This document shows positions 34,490 through 47,582 of a stretch of 64,000 nucleotides of DNA, piece by piece. The position numbers and the translations under genes were made by a program. Numbering within the stretch: position 1 is the stretch's first letter; each line of letters starts with the position of its first letter. Below the pieces are notes generated by a model. It saw nothing but the letters and a program-made list of their open reading frames with translations, had not been told where the DNA came from and searched no databases. The DNA is from Octopus sinensis (taxonomy: Eukaryota), in the NCBI RefSeq assembly GCF_006345805.1, contig NC_043002.1:107756001-107820000 (forward strand), read 5' to 3'.

Positions 34490-34862
34490 CCTAGAGGACA
34501 AACAAGGACAGACAAAGGGATTAAGTCGATTACATCGACCCCAGTGCGTAACTGGTACTTATTTAATCGACCCCGAAAGGATGAAAGGCAAAGTCGACCT
34601 CGGCGGAATTTGAACTCAGAACGTAACGGCAGACGAAATACCTATTTCTTTACTACCCACAAGGAGCTAAACACAGAGGGGACAAACAAAGGGATTAAGT
34701 CGATTACATCGACCCCAGTGCGTAACTGGAATTTGATTTATCGACCTCGAAAGGATGAAAGGCAAAGTCGACCTCGGCGGAATTTGAACTCAGGACGTAA
34801 AGACAGACGAAATACCGCTAAGCATTTCGCCCGGCATGCTAACGTTTCTGCCAGCTCGTCGC
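34490..34862 (-). mobile_element. SINE B1 dimer
   Basis: Same junction AAAGAAATAGGTATTTCGTCTGC. Confidence 0.92.
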
Positions 34863-34959
34863 CTTATCGCGTTACTGTTACTGCACTGAGGAAGATACTG
34901 TGAACGATTGGACCCTGGTTTGACGAGGGTTTCCCCTGCTCGTCTGCTTGGACTGGAGA

Positions 34960-35450
34960 ACTTTGAAGAATATGAAAGTTACTTGGTTGAAATGGCTTTC
35001 TATGACGCCAGTGATAAGATTTCAGCACTGAATGGTGAACTTGGTGGCTGTTTCAAGATGATATCACACATACACATACAGCTCGATCCACGATGTTCTA
35101 AGTTAGAGAAACACTTTCAGCTCCACTATCCTTAAATGCTCAGACGTATTGTGGAAATGAAGTAGAACTTCTTCATACTCTAACCTAAATAGATGTATGT
35201 GTTGATTGTATCTGATCTTAAAAGGTGAGTCCCGGATAATTCTTCTTGGTACCATAAGCAAGTATTATGGCTGCTCCACTGCAGGATAATCTAAGTGAGC
35301 AGTTTAAGATATTTTGCAATGTATTGTTGGGAAATTTTTTTAATAGTCGTAGGAAGTTCCGAGCTCGGTTGTTGTAGGGTGAGTTAAACTAAAATATTTT
35401 TCTCTTCCTTGTTCTGTTTTTATATTGAAGCGATCCTTCAACGCTTTCTT
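34960..35450 (-). mobile_element. Decayed Penelope-like GIY-YIG region
   Basis: Frameshifted FNSPYNNRARNFLRLLKNFP, PFKIRYNQHIHLFRLE and SSTSFPQYV*AFKDSG. Confidence 0.7.
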
Positions 35451-35471
35451 TTCAGTAAAGCCACATCTCTA

Positions 35472-35896
35472 GGTGCAGGAGTGGCTGTGTGGTAAGTAGC
35501 TTGCTTACCAACCACATGGTTCCGGGTTCAGTCCCACTGTGTGACACTTTGGGCAAGTGTCTTCTACTATAGCCTTGGGCCAACCAAAGCCTTGTGAGTG
35601 GATTTGGTAGACGGAAACTGAAAAGAAGCCCGTCGTATATATATGTATATATATATATGTATATATATATATGTGTGTGTGGTGTGTGTGCATGTTTGTC
35701 TGTGTTTGTCCCCCCAACATCGCTTGACAACCGATGCTGGTGTGTTTACGTCCCCATAACTTAGCGGTTCGGCAAAAAAAGAGACCGATAAAATAAGTAC
35801 TAGGCTTACAAAGAATAAGTCCTGGGGTCGATTTGATCGACTAAAGGCGGTGCTCCAGCATGGCCACAGTCACATGACTGAAACAAGTAACAGAGT
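35472..35896 (+). mobile_element. SINE A, full length
   Basis: Family A. Confidence 0.95.
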
Positions 35897-36148
35897 ATCT
35901 CAGGGCGTTGTACAGTTGAAAATGCTCACTGCAGACGGTAGAACGGAAATTGTGGTACTTATGTTATCTGTTCTTTATTATGACTAGACAGAGAAGGGAG
36001 TTTTTGCTTATGTTTATGATATTCTCATTTAGATTTATACAGAGGTGATAGTTACTTGCTGTCAGATACAGTATAATGTCTCAGAAGTTAACTATTCAAA
36101 AGCTATTGTTAATGGTGTGGTTCATTTTGTATTCCTTATATATGTGGA

Positions 36149-36512
36149 GGCGCAATGGCCCAGTGGTTAGGGCAGCGGACTCGCGGTTTCGATTCCCAGA
36201 CCGGGCGTTGTGAGTGTTTATTGAGCGAAAACACCTAAAAGCTCCACGAGTCTCCGACAGGGGATTGTGGTGATCCCTGCTGTACTCTTTCACCACAACT
36301 TTCTCTCACTCTTACTTCCTGTTTCTGTTGTACCTGTATTTCAAAGGGCTGGCCTTGTCACTCTGCGTCACGCTGAATATCCCCGAGAACTACGTTAAGG
36401 TGCACGTGTCTGAGGAGTGCTCAGCCACTTACACGCTAATTTCACGAGCAGGCTGTTCCGTTGATTCGGATCAACCGGAACCCTCATCGTCGTAACCGAC
36501 GGAGTGCTTCCA
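36149..36512 (+). mobile_element. SINE C (M1+T1) with a 12-bp target duplication
   Basis: ATTCCTTATATA at 36131-36142 and 36516-36527. Confidence 0.93.
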
Positions 36513-37149
36513 TCCATTCCTTATATACTTGCATCAGGTCTTTTATGAGTCTATCCACGCTGTACTCTTTTACACCGGAGGAAATTGTCCAATCGTCGTC
36601 TCCAGCGCTCAGAGCCATAGAAGTGGCTCGTTTCTTTTTATTTGCTTTGGGATATTTCTAGTATGAAAGGCAAGATATTTTCTAGTGTAAAACTCAAGAT
36701 ATTTTTTTGGAAATGTTGAATATAGGGCGTCCTTCATTTTAACCACGGAGGTACTCTCGGTTTCTTGGCGTTCAGTATATTCCTGGTATCAAGGTTATTA
36801 AGCTCTCCAGAGCTATTCAGAGAGCTTTAGACATTCTTAAGTCTATATACATTCTATAGAACAGGATGACTTCACTGAGTGTCTTGTATTCTACTCTACT
36901 GGACTACAACATAGCATTCATCATGTAGTTTCACTGTGCTAATCTCGTAACGTTTCTAGTTTTTCATGAAATCCTATCCACTATAAGCTCGCTAAGTAAA
37001 CCCAAATCATTTCCTAGGCGGGGTTTACAAAACTAACATCAGTGTTGGATACATAACCCGGGTCTTTATAGTCTTTAGAGTTAATCAATGTAGAATGTAC
37101 GCATGACAAAGCGCTCAATGCAGTCTATTTTTAATTAGGACACTGCTCT

Positions 37150-37900
37150 TTTGCTTGTTTGTGGTACTGGCAGCATACAACATCATGAGCAGGCATTTTT
37201 TATGTTTTAATATCGTTTGGCAGGAGAGTATGTGCCATTCTCCAGCTCGCATCTACTCTTTATTTTCTTTGCAAGTGTGTAGATGTTGTGTGATTGTTCA
37301 GGCGGTTTCGGTGGAATATCAGAATCTTACTTTTCCTATCAATATACAGAAAATTGGACTCGAAATGTTCAAGTACCTTTGTTGGTGGGGAGGATTTTCG
37401 TGTTCACTATCCCTACGTATCTACCGGGATTTCAGGAATCCTTTCTCGGGGAAGAAGACTTTCCAACACATTCTGGGTTTTTCTTTCTTTTTTTTTTTTA
37501 TGCGGTGCATAGCACCGATCTGTTTGAATAGTATTCACAGAGGGAATGAAGAGAATCTTCAGCTTTGTGTCCCCGATTCGTTGATAGTTTCCGACCAGGT
37601 GTTTTTGGTTACAGCCGAAAGAGTATTCAATATTTGGAGTAAACAATTGAGGTCTCACTCTGTCGTTCTATGTTCCCTACTAAGTAGGGATTTTCAAGTA
37701 ACGATGCACTGAACGCATTCTGCGGGAATAACACAGGTTCAATCGATTCTTATTGGTCATGTGGAGCATCGCAGTGTGCATTTGCAGCTGCTGTTAGTAC
37801 CATCAAGTAACGGGGAAAGGAGGTGCAACTAGTGTAAATCTGAAAAATTCCACATCCCAAAATACCCACTAAAATCACTGTACACACGATCTAAGATATC
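37150..37900 (-). mobile_element. Heavily decayed RTE-like RT remnant
   Basis: Frameshifted traces GIFQ..T.AP, ETINESGT and YSTETA.TITQHL resemble RTE RT motifs; weak. Confidence 0.35.
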
Positions 37901-38499
37901 ACTCTCATCATAGGGAGATTTCTTCTGCAAATTTTTTTCCACATCCAAAGGAGTCTTTGTTGGAAACCAACCGACCGCAATACTCTCCCCTGTACAAGGG
38001 CAGTAAATTAACACCCGTTAGTGTATGTCCTTGCCACACTTGACCAATAAGAACTTATCCAACATGTACTAATAGACATCGCCTCAAAAGACTATAGGCA
38101 GTTTTGTAGATATTGAAGTCTAAAATTTCTTTAAAGAAAACTTGTAAAGTTTGGTTTCATTTTGGACAGATCACGTACAGGGATATGTAACGAAATCTGC
38201 CCAAAACAAAACTAAACTAAAAATAAATTTGTTGCTGTATTAACAATGTAATCAGACAAGTTTCCTTCCCTCCGCTGTTATTAAACCACTGCCAACGTTT
38301 TTCCCAGTTTGAGGACTTGTATTCATGGGTAGTGCACATCTCTCGTAGGGAATTTTCTTTGATCTCATCATTCGTCAGAAATTAGCGACGCTTCAGGGAC
38401 CAAACCCAAATAGTAGGACGGCTGGAGGTCGACAGTCGTCTTATGCCTTATTAAAGAGACCCGGAGGAGTGACACATGAACTGATATATGGTCGATATA

Positions 38500-38717
38500 A
38501 GGCGGCGAGCTGGCAGAACCGTTAGCGCGCCGGGCGAAATGCGTAGCTGTATTTCGTCTGCCGTTACGTTCTGAGTTCAAATTCCGCCGAGGTCGACTTT
38601 GCCTTTCATCCTTTCGCGGTCGATAAATTAAGTACCAGTTACGCACTGGGGTCGATGTAATCGACTTAATCCGTTTGTCTCCTCTGTGTGTAGCCCCTTG
38701 TGGGTAATAAGGAAACG
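38500..38717 (+). mobile_element. SINE B1 monomer with a 17-bp target duplication
   Basis: GATATATGGTCGATATA at 38483-38499 and 38718-38734. Confidence 0.95.
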
Positions 38718-39109
38718 GATATATGGTCGATATATATCTTAGATCGTGTGTACAATGATTTTAGTGGGTATTTTGGGATGTGGAATTTTTCAGATTTACA
38801 CTAGTTGCACCTCCTTTCCCCGTTACTTGATGGTACTAACAGCAGCTGCAAATGCACACTGCGATGCTCTACATGACCAATAAGAATCGATTGAACCTGT
38901 GTTATTCCCGCAGAATGCGTTCATTGTGTGTTCTCATCTCAAACTTCTTCCTTTCAACCGCCCCTTCACAAATAACTCACGACATCCAAGTAAAATTCTT
39001 TATCATCTGACCACGTAGATTTAACTCATGATGAACAACGCCCTTCCAATGAAATAGAAAAAAAAGATGATCAACATTATCTATTTGCTTTCCTTCTTTT
39101 CTTTTGCAG

Positions 39110-39272
39110 TCCTGGCGACGATTATCGAACTCATCGCGACGACTACCATTGTTTCCACATCGCAGCCAGATATCTAAGTTTCATCGCCTGTTATGACATT
39201 CTTCACAAACTTTATACCAGCATTCAATGATCAAACAGCACCTCGCAGGCTCTGACTCAGTCCCCTGATTGT
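39110..39272 (+). other. Candidate exon (non-coding or terminal)
   Basis: Strong acceptor tttgctttccttcttttcttttgcAG; CpG-rich; possible donor GTAAGG at 39273; stop codons in all three frames. Confidence 0.3.
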
Positions 39273-39959
39273 GTAAGGCCTTTGAAGCTGGTGTGACATC
39301 CTAGCTGCACCACAAAGACTGAATCCCGTAAAAGAAACCAAAAAGATAGACATAGAGAGAGAACCATAAGAATGTATTTTGACTAAAAACTCTTTATTAA
39401 TACTGAAACCGCTCCCTGGGGCGACGAGTGACAGCTACGGCAGACTAAGACTTCTTCCAAACAGTAACATGTCAACATAAAATAACGGTCTCAGAAAACA
39501 GAGACTGGCTAAGGTTTTGGTCAGCTTAAAAAGGAACAAATGGAAAAGTTCTGAGTTGTAACATCAATAAAATTAAATTAGTTGGGAGATCTTTTCACCC
39601 AATACTTTTGAAATACCAAAATATATTTTAAAACGTTTAACTTGCAGGGAAAAAGAAAATATGAGAGGAAAATAAAAGCTATTTAAAATTTGGCCTTGAG
39701 TATATTGTCTGGCTTTAATTACAAGATTAGAAATATATAAGAAGAGATAAATGAAACTGTGAGACATGTCCTTCTTAAAGACATTTGTAAAATAACTTAG
39801 CTTCCACTGGAACCGAAAAACTAGTTTAAAAATAGACTTCGCTTTATAGGAGGTTTATGGTGCCAGTCACTCGGGTATTTGAAGATTTTTAAATCATATA
39901 TATATCTATATATATATATATATATATATGATAGATCGCTAACCACTACACACATTTGT

Positions 39960-40102
39960 TTTCTCTCCTTGTTTCTTTCTGTGGAAGAGCGCAGGCTCGA
40001 AATGTTAAAGACTTTCAATTCCCGAGCGTTATACTAATACATCTATTTGTTGTCTACACCACCTGTCTTCGTCTTGTTTTAGTTTTTTGTGAATTCTCCC
40101 CC
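39960..40102 (+). mobile_element. PLE-type remnant, family P1
   Basis: Homologous to 1296-1420; cttt-CTGTGGA-A-GAG-cgcagg-CTC-GAAA-TG-TT-aaag at 39975-40010; (TA)n flank. Confidence 0.65.
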
Positions 40103-40103
40103 C

Positions 40104-40135
<32 letters not shown>

Positions 40136-40139
40136 ATAT

Positions 40140-40415
40140 GATGGCACTCCATTGATTATGATGACGAGTGTTCCAGTTGATTGGATCAACAGAACAGCTT
40201 GTTTGTGAAATTAATGTGCAAGTGGTTGAGTACTCCACAGACAGTGTGACAAGGCTGGTCCCTTTGAATAACAGGTACAACTAAATTTGCCAGCTGAGTG
40301 GACTGGAGCGATGTGAAATAAAGTGTCTTGCTTAAGGACACAATGCATTGGTGGGAATCGAACTCACGACTTTATGATCATGAGCTGAATACCCTTACCA
40401 CTAAATTATGCCCCT
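40140..40415 (-). mobile_element. Old SINE C (M2+T1)
   Basis: CpG-depleted copy. Confidence 0.8.
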
Positions 40416-41321
40416 TCACACACATACATGTTTGTGTGTGTATTTTGGCCAAGAGAATAACAGGGCAAGAGTAATCCCATATTGAGAACAGTGTGTAATG
40501 TTTCCCAAGTGAGTACAAGGCACAGTGGTCAACGTCAGCGCTGACCATCAAGTTTTACCAGCAACACTTACTTCAGACGGTCAATAAAAACATGTCTTAA
40601 GAAATAAACTCTTTATTTACAATGATTACAAGCAAATGAAAACTGAAAAGTGAGATGTCCAGCCAATATGTGCATGGCTCAAGCAAAGCCTAGGTTTCCC
40701 TCTCTTGCTTGTTTTACTATAAAATAAATGGCTTTAAAGAGTTTCAAAGAAGCTGATCAGAGCCGGTACTTAGTATTGGGTCCACGTGCATTTGGTGATC
40801 GAGAGATAAATCTCCTGGATATCACAGGCAACATTTACAGGAAATCTGGAACTAGTCTTAATTCTTAACGGCTAAATCAATTAAATACCATTAATTAAAG
40901 TTAATTAATTGTATTGTTGAAATATATAAGAAAATATATATATAAAAACATTCAAAAGATAGAATCTATGAGCAAAAGTTCATTGTAATATCCTTTGGAT
41001 CATTTTACTTCAAGCAGTAATTAAAGAAGGATGAGAGATGGCTAAACCATTTTGAAGGGGCTTCGTAGTGGCTGTCACTGACTGGCCAGGCATTCACAAC
41101 ACAACACTCACCCACATTATACATACACACACAGTATAGTGCTACATCAATAATATCCATACATTGACGACATACTAAATAGTTAACAAGTGACTAAGTG
41201 TGTTGCAAAGACTATTGCTAAATGACTTCCAGACTTTAGAAAGCTGGAATCCTTTGAATAAAAACAGCATTTTGACAACCATTTCCATACCAACTGACAC
41301 CAGAATGCCTATCCTTCTTTT

Positions 41322-41665
41322 TTTCCACTTGTTTCAGTCATTCGACTACAGCCATGCTGCAGCAGCACCTTTAGTCAAATAAATCGACCCCAGGACTTAT
41401 TCTATCAGTTTTTTTTTTGCTGAACTGCTAAGTGATGGGGACATAAACACACCAACATCAGTTGTCAAGCGATGAGGGGGATGGACACATATATACACAT
41501 ATATACGACGGGCTTCTTTCAGTTTCCGTCTACCGAATGCACTCACAAAGCTTTGGTCGGCCTAAGGCTATAGAAGACACTTGCCCAAGGTGCTACGCAG
41601 TGGGACTGAACTTGGAGCCATGTGGTTGGGAAGCAAGCTTCTTACCACACAGCCATTCCAGCACC
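41322..41665 (-). mobile_element. SINE A
   Basis: Family A, diverged. Confidence 0.9.
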
Positions 41666-41867
41666 TATGTTTATATCTAAATGGAAACCTTGGTTAAAAT
41701 CTGACATGAATGGTCTTGGGAGATTCCAGTGAGTTGACACCAACAGAATGTACACCAATACAGGTGTGGCAATGCAAATCAATAGTTCACATCCCAATCA
41801 TATGGTTCTGGGTTCAGTCCCACAGTGTGGCACCTTAGGCAAATGTTTTCTATTACAACCCTGGAGA

Positions 41868-42365
41868 CATATAGCCTGGTGGTTGGAGTAGCAGACTTGC
41901 GGTCGAGGGATCCCAGGTTCGAATTTCATGAGCGAAACACCTAAGCTCCATGCGGCTCCAGCAGAAGGTAATCGCGAACTTCCACTGACTCTTTGTTTTC
42001 TACTCTAGGCACAAGGCCTGAAAGTTTGGGGGAGGGGCCCAGTCAATTAGATCAATTTCAGTACAAAACTGGTACTTAATTTATCGACCCCGAAAGGATA
42101 AAAGGCAAAGTCGACCTCGATGGAATTTGAACTCAGAGCATAAGGACAGACGAAATACCACTGAGCATTTCACTTGGCATGGAAACATTTCTACCAGCTT
42201 GTTGCCTTTCTGCTGAATTTTCGCCAGAATTTTCTCTTATTTACTTCCTCTTGCATCTAGCAGCTCACCTGTGATGGATCTGTGTCCTGTCCAGGTGGGG
42301 AACCTATACGCCAATGAAACCGGCCCTTATGAGCCGAGCATAGCTTGAGAAGGGACAAACAACAA
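41868..42365 (+). mobile_element. SINE C (M1+T2) interrupted by a SINE B2 (41997-42207, minus strand)
   Basis: C head, M1 (GAAACACCTAAGCTCCA), nested B2, then T2 (GTGTCCTGTCCAGGTGGGG..ATGAGCC). Confidence 0.75.
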
Positions 42366-42469
42366 CAGCCCTGAACCAACTAAACGAATATGGTGCATAG
42401 AAACTGAATGTCTGTGTGTGTGTGTTAGAGTATGTATTGCTTTATCTTGACATGACATGATAGTCGTAA

Positions 42470-42640
42470 TTGAGAATCACTGTCACACAAGCAGGGTCAT
42501 TCATTTCTAATCTTTTGTGAAAACGTGTCTGACCATGGGGAAATATTATCTTCATTGGAAACAGGTAAGAGTTGACAGGAAGGCCATCCGGTTGTGGAAA
42601 ATCTGCCTTAAATTCACCTGAACCCATACAAACATAGAAA
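42470..42640 (+). mobile_element. Old repeat family E with an RTE-like tail
   Basis: GTGAAAAC(G/A)TGTCTG..GACAGGAAGG.CATC also at about 46548-46745 (-) and 48535-48720 (+); tail only at 58440-58580. Confidence 0.6.
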
Positions 42641-44589
42641 CAAAAGCATTCCAGAATCTTGACTTAATCGAAAATTAATTCCAACAGAATTCTAAGAAAA
42701 AAAGTTGAAATATGAATCAAGAAAATTACTTCAAGTAAGACCTTCAAAATAGGTTCACACTGGAAGAGCAATGAATCCATGGGGCCAAATGGGAGGGCAG
42801 GGAAGGGGGGGAGTGAAAGCAGAGATGGAAAGTAACAATTCACAAACTTTTACTGGTTTAGGGGAATGGCACCGAAAAACAGTTGAGAAAATGTCTTGGT
42901 GAGGGAATTGCTGAGGCCATACAGCCAAGAACTTGATTAAATATGTTTGTTCTCCATCATCATCATTTTGAGGAGGAGGGATACATAAAAGATAGGGGGC
43001 AGGAGGGAAATAGGAGTACATCGGTTGAAATAAAAACAAGTATTTTAGTTGGTTTTTAAATCTGCAAAGATACATACACACACATGTATACACACACTAA
43101 CTTCTCTCTCTCTCTTTATATATATATATATTGTGTCCTGTTTTTAAATATAAACCATGTTTTATATACTGGTTCACTTATGAGATGCAAGTGTGTGTGT
43201 ATGTGTAATTCAACCCTTCCAATCACATCTGCTGGGAAAATGTCAGATTTGTCTGCGGGGTGGGACGGTGGGGATAGAAGTAAATAGGAAGATATCTTTG
43301 TGACCAAAAGCAGAAGAGGGTGGGGGGGGAGTCAAACAATCAAGAAACAAAAAGCAAAACAAAATTAGCAGTACTACTACTACTGCTACTGCTACTAGAA
43401 TGTGTGAGAGAGCCTATGGGAACAGTTTTAACTTGGAATCAAAGAAAGAACCTTTATGGAATTAATTGTCTTCGTTCCTCCTCCACTTCTAATCAAAATA
43501 ACTTGAAAAGAAGAAAAAAAATTACCCCTGGAAATTGTGTGTGTGTGTGTGTGTGTGTGTACAGAAAATATAACAAGAAAAAAGAAAAGAAAAAATAAAC
43601 AGACATGTGGGGGGGAGACAACAAACCCCTTGTTTTGTCTGAAATGAAATTTTCTGTTGAATGAAATAACCATTCGGACTGATATCTTTCACAGGTCTTT
43701 CAGACTAAAATGTTTAAAAATAAACTTCTATGAACTCTGCAGAATACATGCCTTTCGCTCGTGGTGTGTGTGTGTGTGTGATTGAAGAACAGACCAAAAT
43801 GCCATATTAACAGGCTGAAGCTGTTGGCTGCCATTCATTTTCTTTTGTGGTAAACTGTGATTCTCATTGAGAAAATAAAATCTAAATAAAGAAAGATTTG
43901 GATTTTTGGTGGGTTTGACAAAAAAAAAAAAAAAAAAAACTGAATTGAAATATTTATGAAACCCTAGAGTGGCCTCATTTCATTTAGGATGAAAAAGTTT
44001 TCCTTGAAAATAGTAAAATAAATATATATATAAATACCATCGTCCTTTACCGCTTGTTGTCCATGCTGGCAAAGGTTGGACGGTTTGACCAGAGCTGGCG
44101 AGCTGGGTTCCTAGCTCAGTCCCATTACACAGAATGTTAAGCAAGTACCTTCGGCTTTCACCCCAAGCAGACCAAAGCCTTGTGAGCAGATTTCACAGAA
44201 GGAATCTGAAAGAAACCCATTGTGTATGTGTGTGTTTCTTTAACTCATTGCCTGCCATCAAGCCCAGTATGTGTACTTGACCTGCATCTCTTATGTTAAC
44301 TCTCTCTGCATGAAGTAAAGTATGACAGGAAAAAATCAATCAACATCTATTTTAATTATTATTACAAACTAGAGACAAATGTTTTAATTACTATTTTACT
44401 ATTTTCAGGTTTTCAAAAAGAAACCCAATTAACAGGTGTCAGAAACAACCAAATTGTTTTTATATTTTGCAAAGAACAGTAGCGAAAGGAATGTCTGTTG
44501 TTCTATTCCATGACCAAAAAATATGTTCCATGCAAAATAAGAGTGGACGAAAAAGAAGTTCAGTGCTTGGGACACGAGGACATTAATTT

Positions 44590-44970
44590 TGGAAGCACTC
44601 CGTCGGTTACAACGACGAGGGTTCCGGTTGATCCGAATCAACGGAACAGCCTGCTCGTGAAATTAACGTGTAAGTGGCTGAGCACTCCACAGACACGTGT
44701 ACCCTTAACGTAGTTCTCGGGGATATTCAGGGTGACACAGAGAGTGACAAGGCCGGCCCTTTGAAATACAGGTACAACAGAAACAGGAAGTAAGAGTGAG
44801 AGAAAGTTGTGGTGAAAGAGTACAGCAGGGATCACCACCATCCCTTGCCGGAGCCTCGTGGAGCTTTTAGGTGTTTTCGCTCAATAAACACTCACAACGC
44901 CCGGTCTGGGAATCGAAACCACGATCCTATGATCGTGAGTCCACTGCCCTAACCACTAGGCCATTGCGCC
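44590..44970 (-). mobile_element. SINE C (M1+T1) with a 16-bp target duplication
   Basis: ACAC(G/A)AGGACATTAAT at 44572-44587 and 44974-44989. Confidence 0.94.
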
Positions 44971-45092
44971 TCCACACAAGGACATTAATAATGATTGTCA
45001 GTTAGAAAAACAAAACAAAATTTAAAATACGGCAAGCAAAGTGACCACAGAGTGAAATGGTCATCTCTCAAAAGTCGGTACTTCTCTTATAT

Positions 45093-45515
45093 ACTCTTTA
45101 CTCTTTTACTTGTTTCAGTCATTTGACTGCAGCCATGCTGGAGCACCACCTTTAGTCGAGCAAATCGACTCCGGGACTTATTCTTTGTAAGCCCAGTACT
45201 TATTCTATCAGTCTCTTTTGCTGAACTGCTATGTGACAGGTACATAAACACACCAGCATCGGTTGTCAAGCAATGCTAGGGGGACAAACACAGACACACA
45301 TATATATATTCATACACATACACACACACACACACACATTACTACATTTATACGATGGTCTTCTTTGAGTTTCCGCCTACCAAATCCACTCACAAGGCTT
45401 TGGTCGGCCCGAGGCTAGAGGAGAAGACACTTGTCCAAGATGCCATGCTGTGGGACTGAACCCGCAACCATGTGGTTGGTAAGCAAGCTACTTACCACAC
45501 AGCCACTCCTGCGCC
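45093..45515 (-). mobile_element. SINE A, full length
   Basis: Family A. Confidence 0.94.
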
Positions 45516-45845
45516 TGTTGACAATTCCATAAAATCAGGTTTTATTTATGAGTTATGGGAATTAGGAATTCTGCCAGGAAACAGAAATATAACAAAGCAG
45601 AGAAACTGTTGCAAAAAGAAATCCATGATTCAGCATAGAGATTAGAATATGACAGAGATAGCCTTCTTATAATATTGGTGTGTGTGTATATATATATATA
45701 TATATACAAACACTATACTATTTATTTACTAAATAGTATATCATTCTATGTTCAGTACTTGAGTACTATTTTTCCAACCTGTTTTGCCTCTATGTGCTTC
45801 CTTGTGTAAGTACATACATACACACACAAATATATATATATATAT

Positions 45846-46232
45846 ACTCTTTTACTTGTTTCAGTCATTTGACTGTGGCCATGCTGGAGCACCGCCTTTA
45901 GTCGAGCAAATCGACACCGGGATTTATTCTTTGTAAGCCCAGTACTTATTCTATCGGTCTCTTTTGCCAAACCGCTAAGTGACGGGGACATAAACACACC
46001 AGCATCGGTTATCAAGCAGACACAAACACAGACACACAAACATATACACACACACACTTATATATATACACATAAATACGACAGGCTTCTTTCAGTTTCC
46101 GTCTACCAAATCCACTCACAAGGCATTGGTCAGCCCAGGGCTATAGCAGAAGACACTTGCCCAAGATGCCACGCAGTGGGACTGAACCCGGAACCATGTG
46201 GTTGGTTAGCAAACTACTTACCACACAGCCGC
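45846..46232 (-). mobile_element. SINE A, near full length
   Basis: Family A. Confidence 0.94.
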
Positions 46233-46769
46233 TCCACACATACATGCTTTCATTACTGGTTTCAATCATTGGATTACAGCCAAGCTAGAGCACCACTTTC
46301 TAGGCATTGACTGCCACTACTTTATTTTATTTAGAGTTGATAATTTTTTTGACTGCCAAGCTGAAGCAACACTTTCAAAGAATTTTGTTTGTTTTTTTTC
46401 TTTGGTGCCTATCTCCCAATGAAGGAAGAAAAACAAACACTGACCAAACGTAAAAAGGGATGTGACAAACACAGAACCAAACACTCCAAAGGAATTTTGG
46501 TGCAATGCGCCATTTCTGCTTCCCCAGATCATCAGTCAATGACCATTTTCCCATGCTTGCATGGGTCCGATGGAGTTCGTTGAGTTAGATTTCGTACAGA
46601 TGGATGCCCTTCCTGTTGCCAATCTCCATCCATTTCAAACAAGGGGATACTTCCTTGTGGCCAGACACTTTTTCATGGAAGACCAGAAACAAACAACACC
46701 TCTTGGATGGCAGTGAAGCTTGTTTACAGTCATCACATGATATCAAGACATGGCTATATATACAAACAG

Positions 46770-46912
46770 AAAGACATATAAAGGCTTCTTTCAGTTTCTG
46801 TCTTCCAAATCCATTCAGAAGGCTTTGGTTGGCCAAGGTGCCATGCAGTGGGACTGAACCCAAGACCACATGATTGGAAAGCAAGCTTCTTAATCACACA
46901 ACCACACCTGCA
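46770..46912 (-). mobile_element. Old SINE A 5' fragment
   Basis: Diverged and CpG-depleted. Confidence 0.75.
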
Positions 46913-47116
46913 ACTATATTCAACACACTTTTGCAGCTTACACACACACACACGAGCACATGCATACGCACACACAAGCACATGCACACGCACACATTTG
47001 AATAAACTGAAAGTGAGCAGAGTTCTTTTCTGTTTTTTCTTGCACCCCCTCCCCCCTTGGCCACCGATGTGTCTGGTCAACTGAAAAGCCAACTGAATGA
47101 AACTGCGTTCAAAGAA

Positions 47117-47582
47117 TGCCCTTTTACCATATCCATGGTAGGAAAGAAAAGGGAACAGATGATAGTCAAGCAGCGTTTGTGATTAATCGGTGGAGCAAAC
47201 AGGTGACGTCAGTAACAGAACAGAATGTGGTGGTGGTGGTGGTGGAGGAGTTTAGTCCCAGATCAGCCCCTTAAAAACAGACGAATGATTAAGGGGTTGC
47301 AAACATGACTAGATGGCCTTTTTTTTTCCTTCACGATTAATAAGCTTGCTTCCCAAACATGTAGTGTTGGGTTCAGTCCCACTGTGTGGCACCTTGGGCA
47401 ACCGTTTTTTTACTATAGCCCTTGACCATGAAAGGTGTTCTGAGTGGATTTCATAGAGAGAAACAGAAAGAAACCTGTGTGTTCAAGAGAGTTGTTTGTA
47501 CCCTTGTTCTGATGGTTTTTAAAGTTTATCTTGTGTTCATCATCATCATCATCATCCCGTGTTTTAAATCTGGGTTTTGTTC
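47117..47582 (+). repeat. Direct duplication of about 470 bp (second copy 52306-52793)
   Basis: About 220 bp of otherwise unique sequence plus an old SINE A fragment and (CAT)n; copies are 5.19 kb apart. Confidence 0.92.

Noticed and set aside
33033-34903. Recurring peptide MRNWYLFNRPRKDERQSRPRRNLNSER in several ORFs
   Set aside because: It is the antisense reading of SINE B; recurrence reflects the repeat, not a gene family.
42781-42811. G-quadruplex motif
   Set aside because: It matches the pattern, but such G-runs are common here and nothing indicates function.
44410-44587. Tc1-like N-terminus (NKSGRKR)
   Set aside because: A single short motif with no TIR or catalytic domain.
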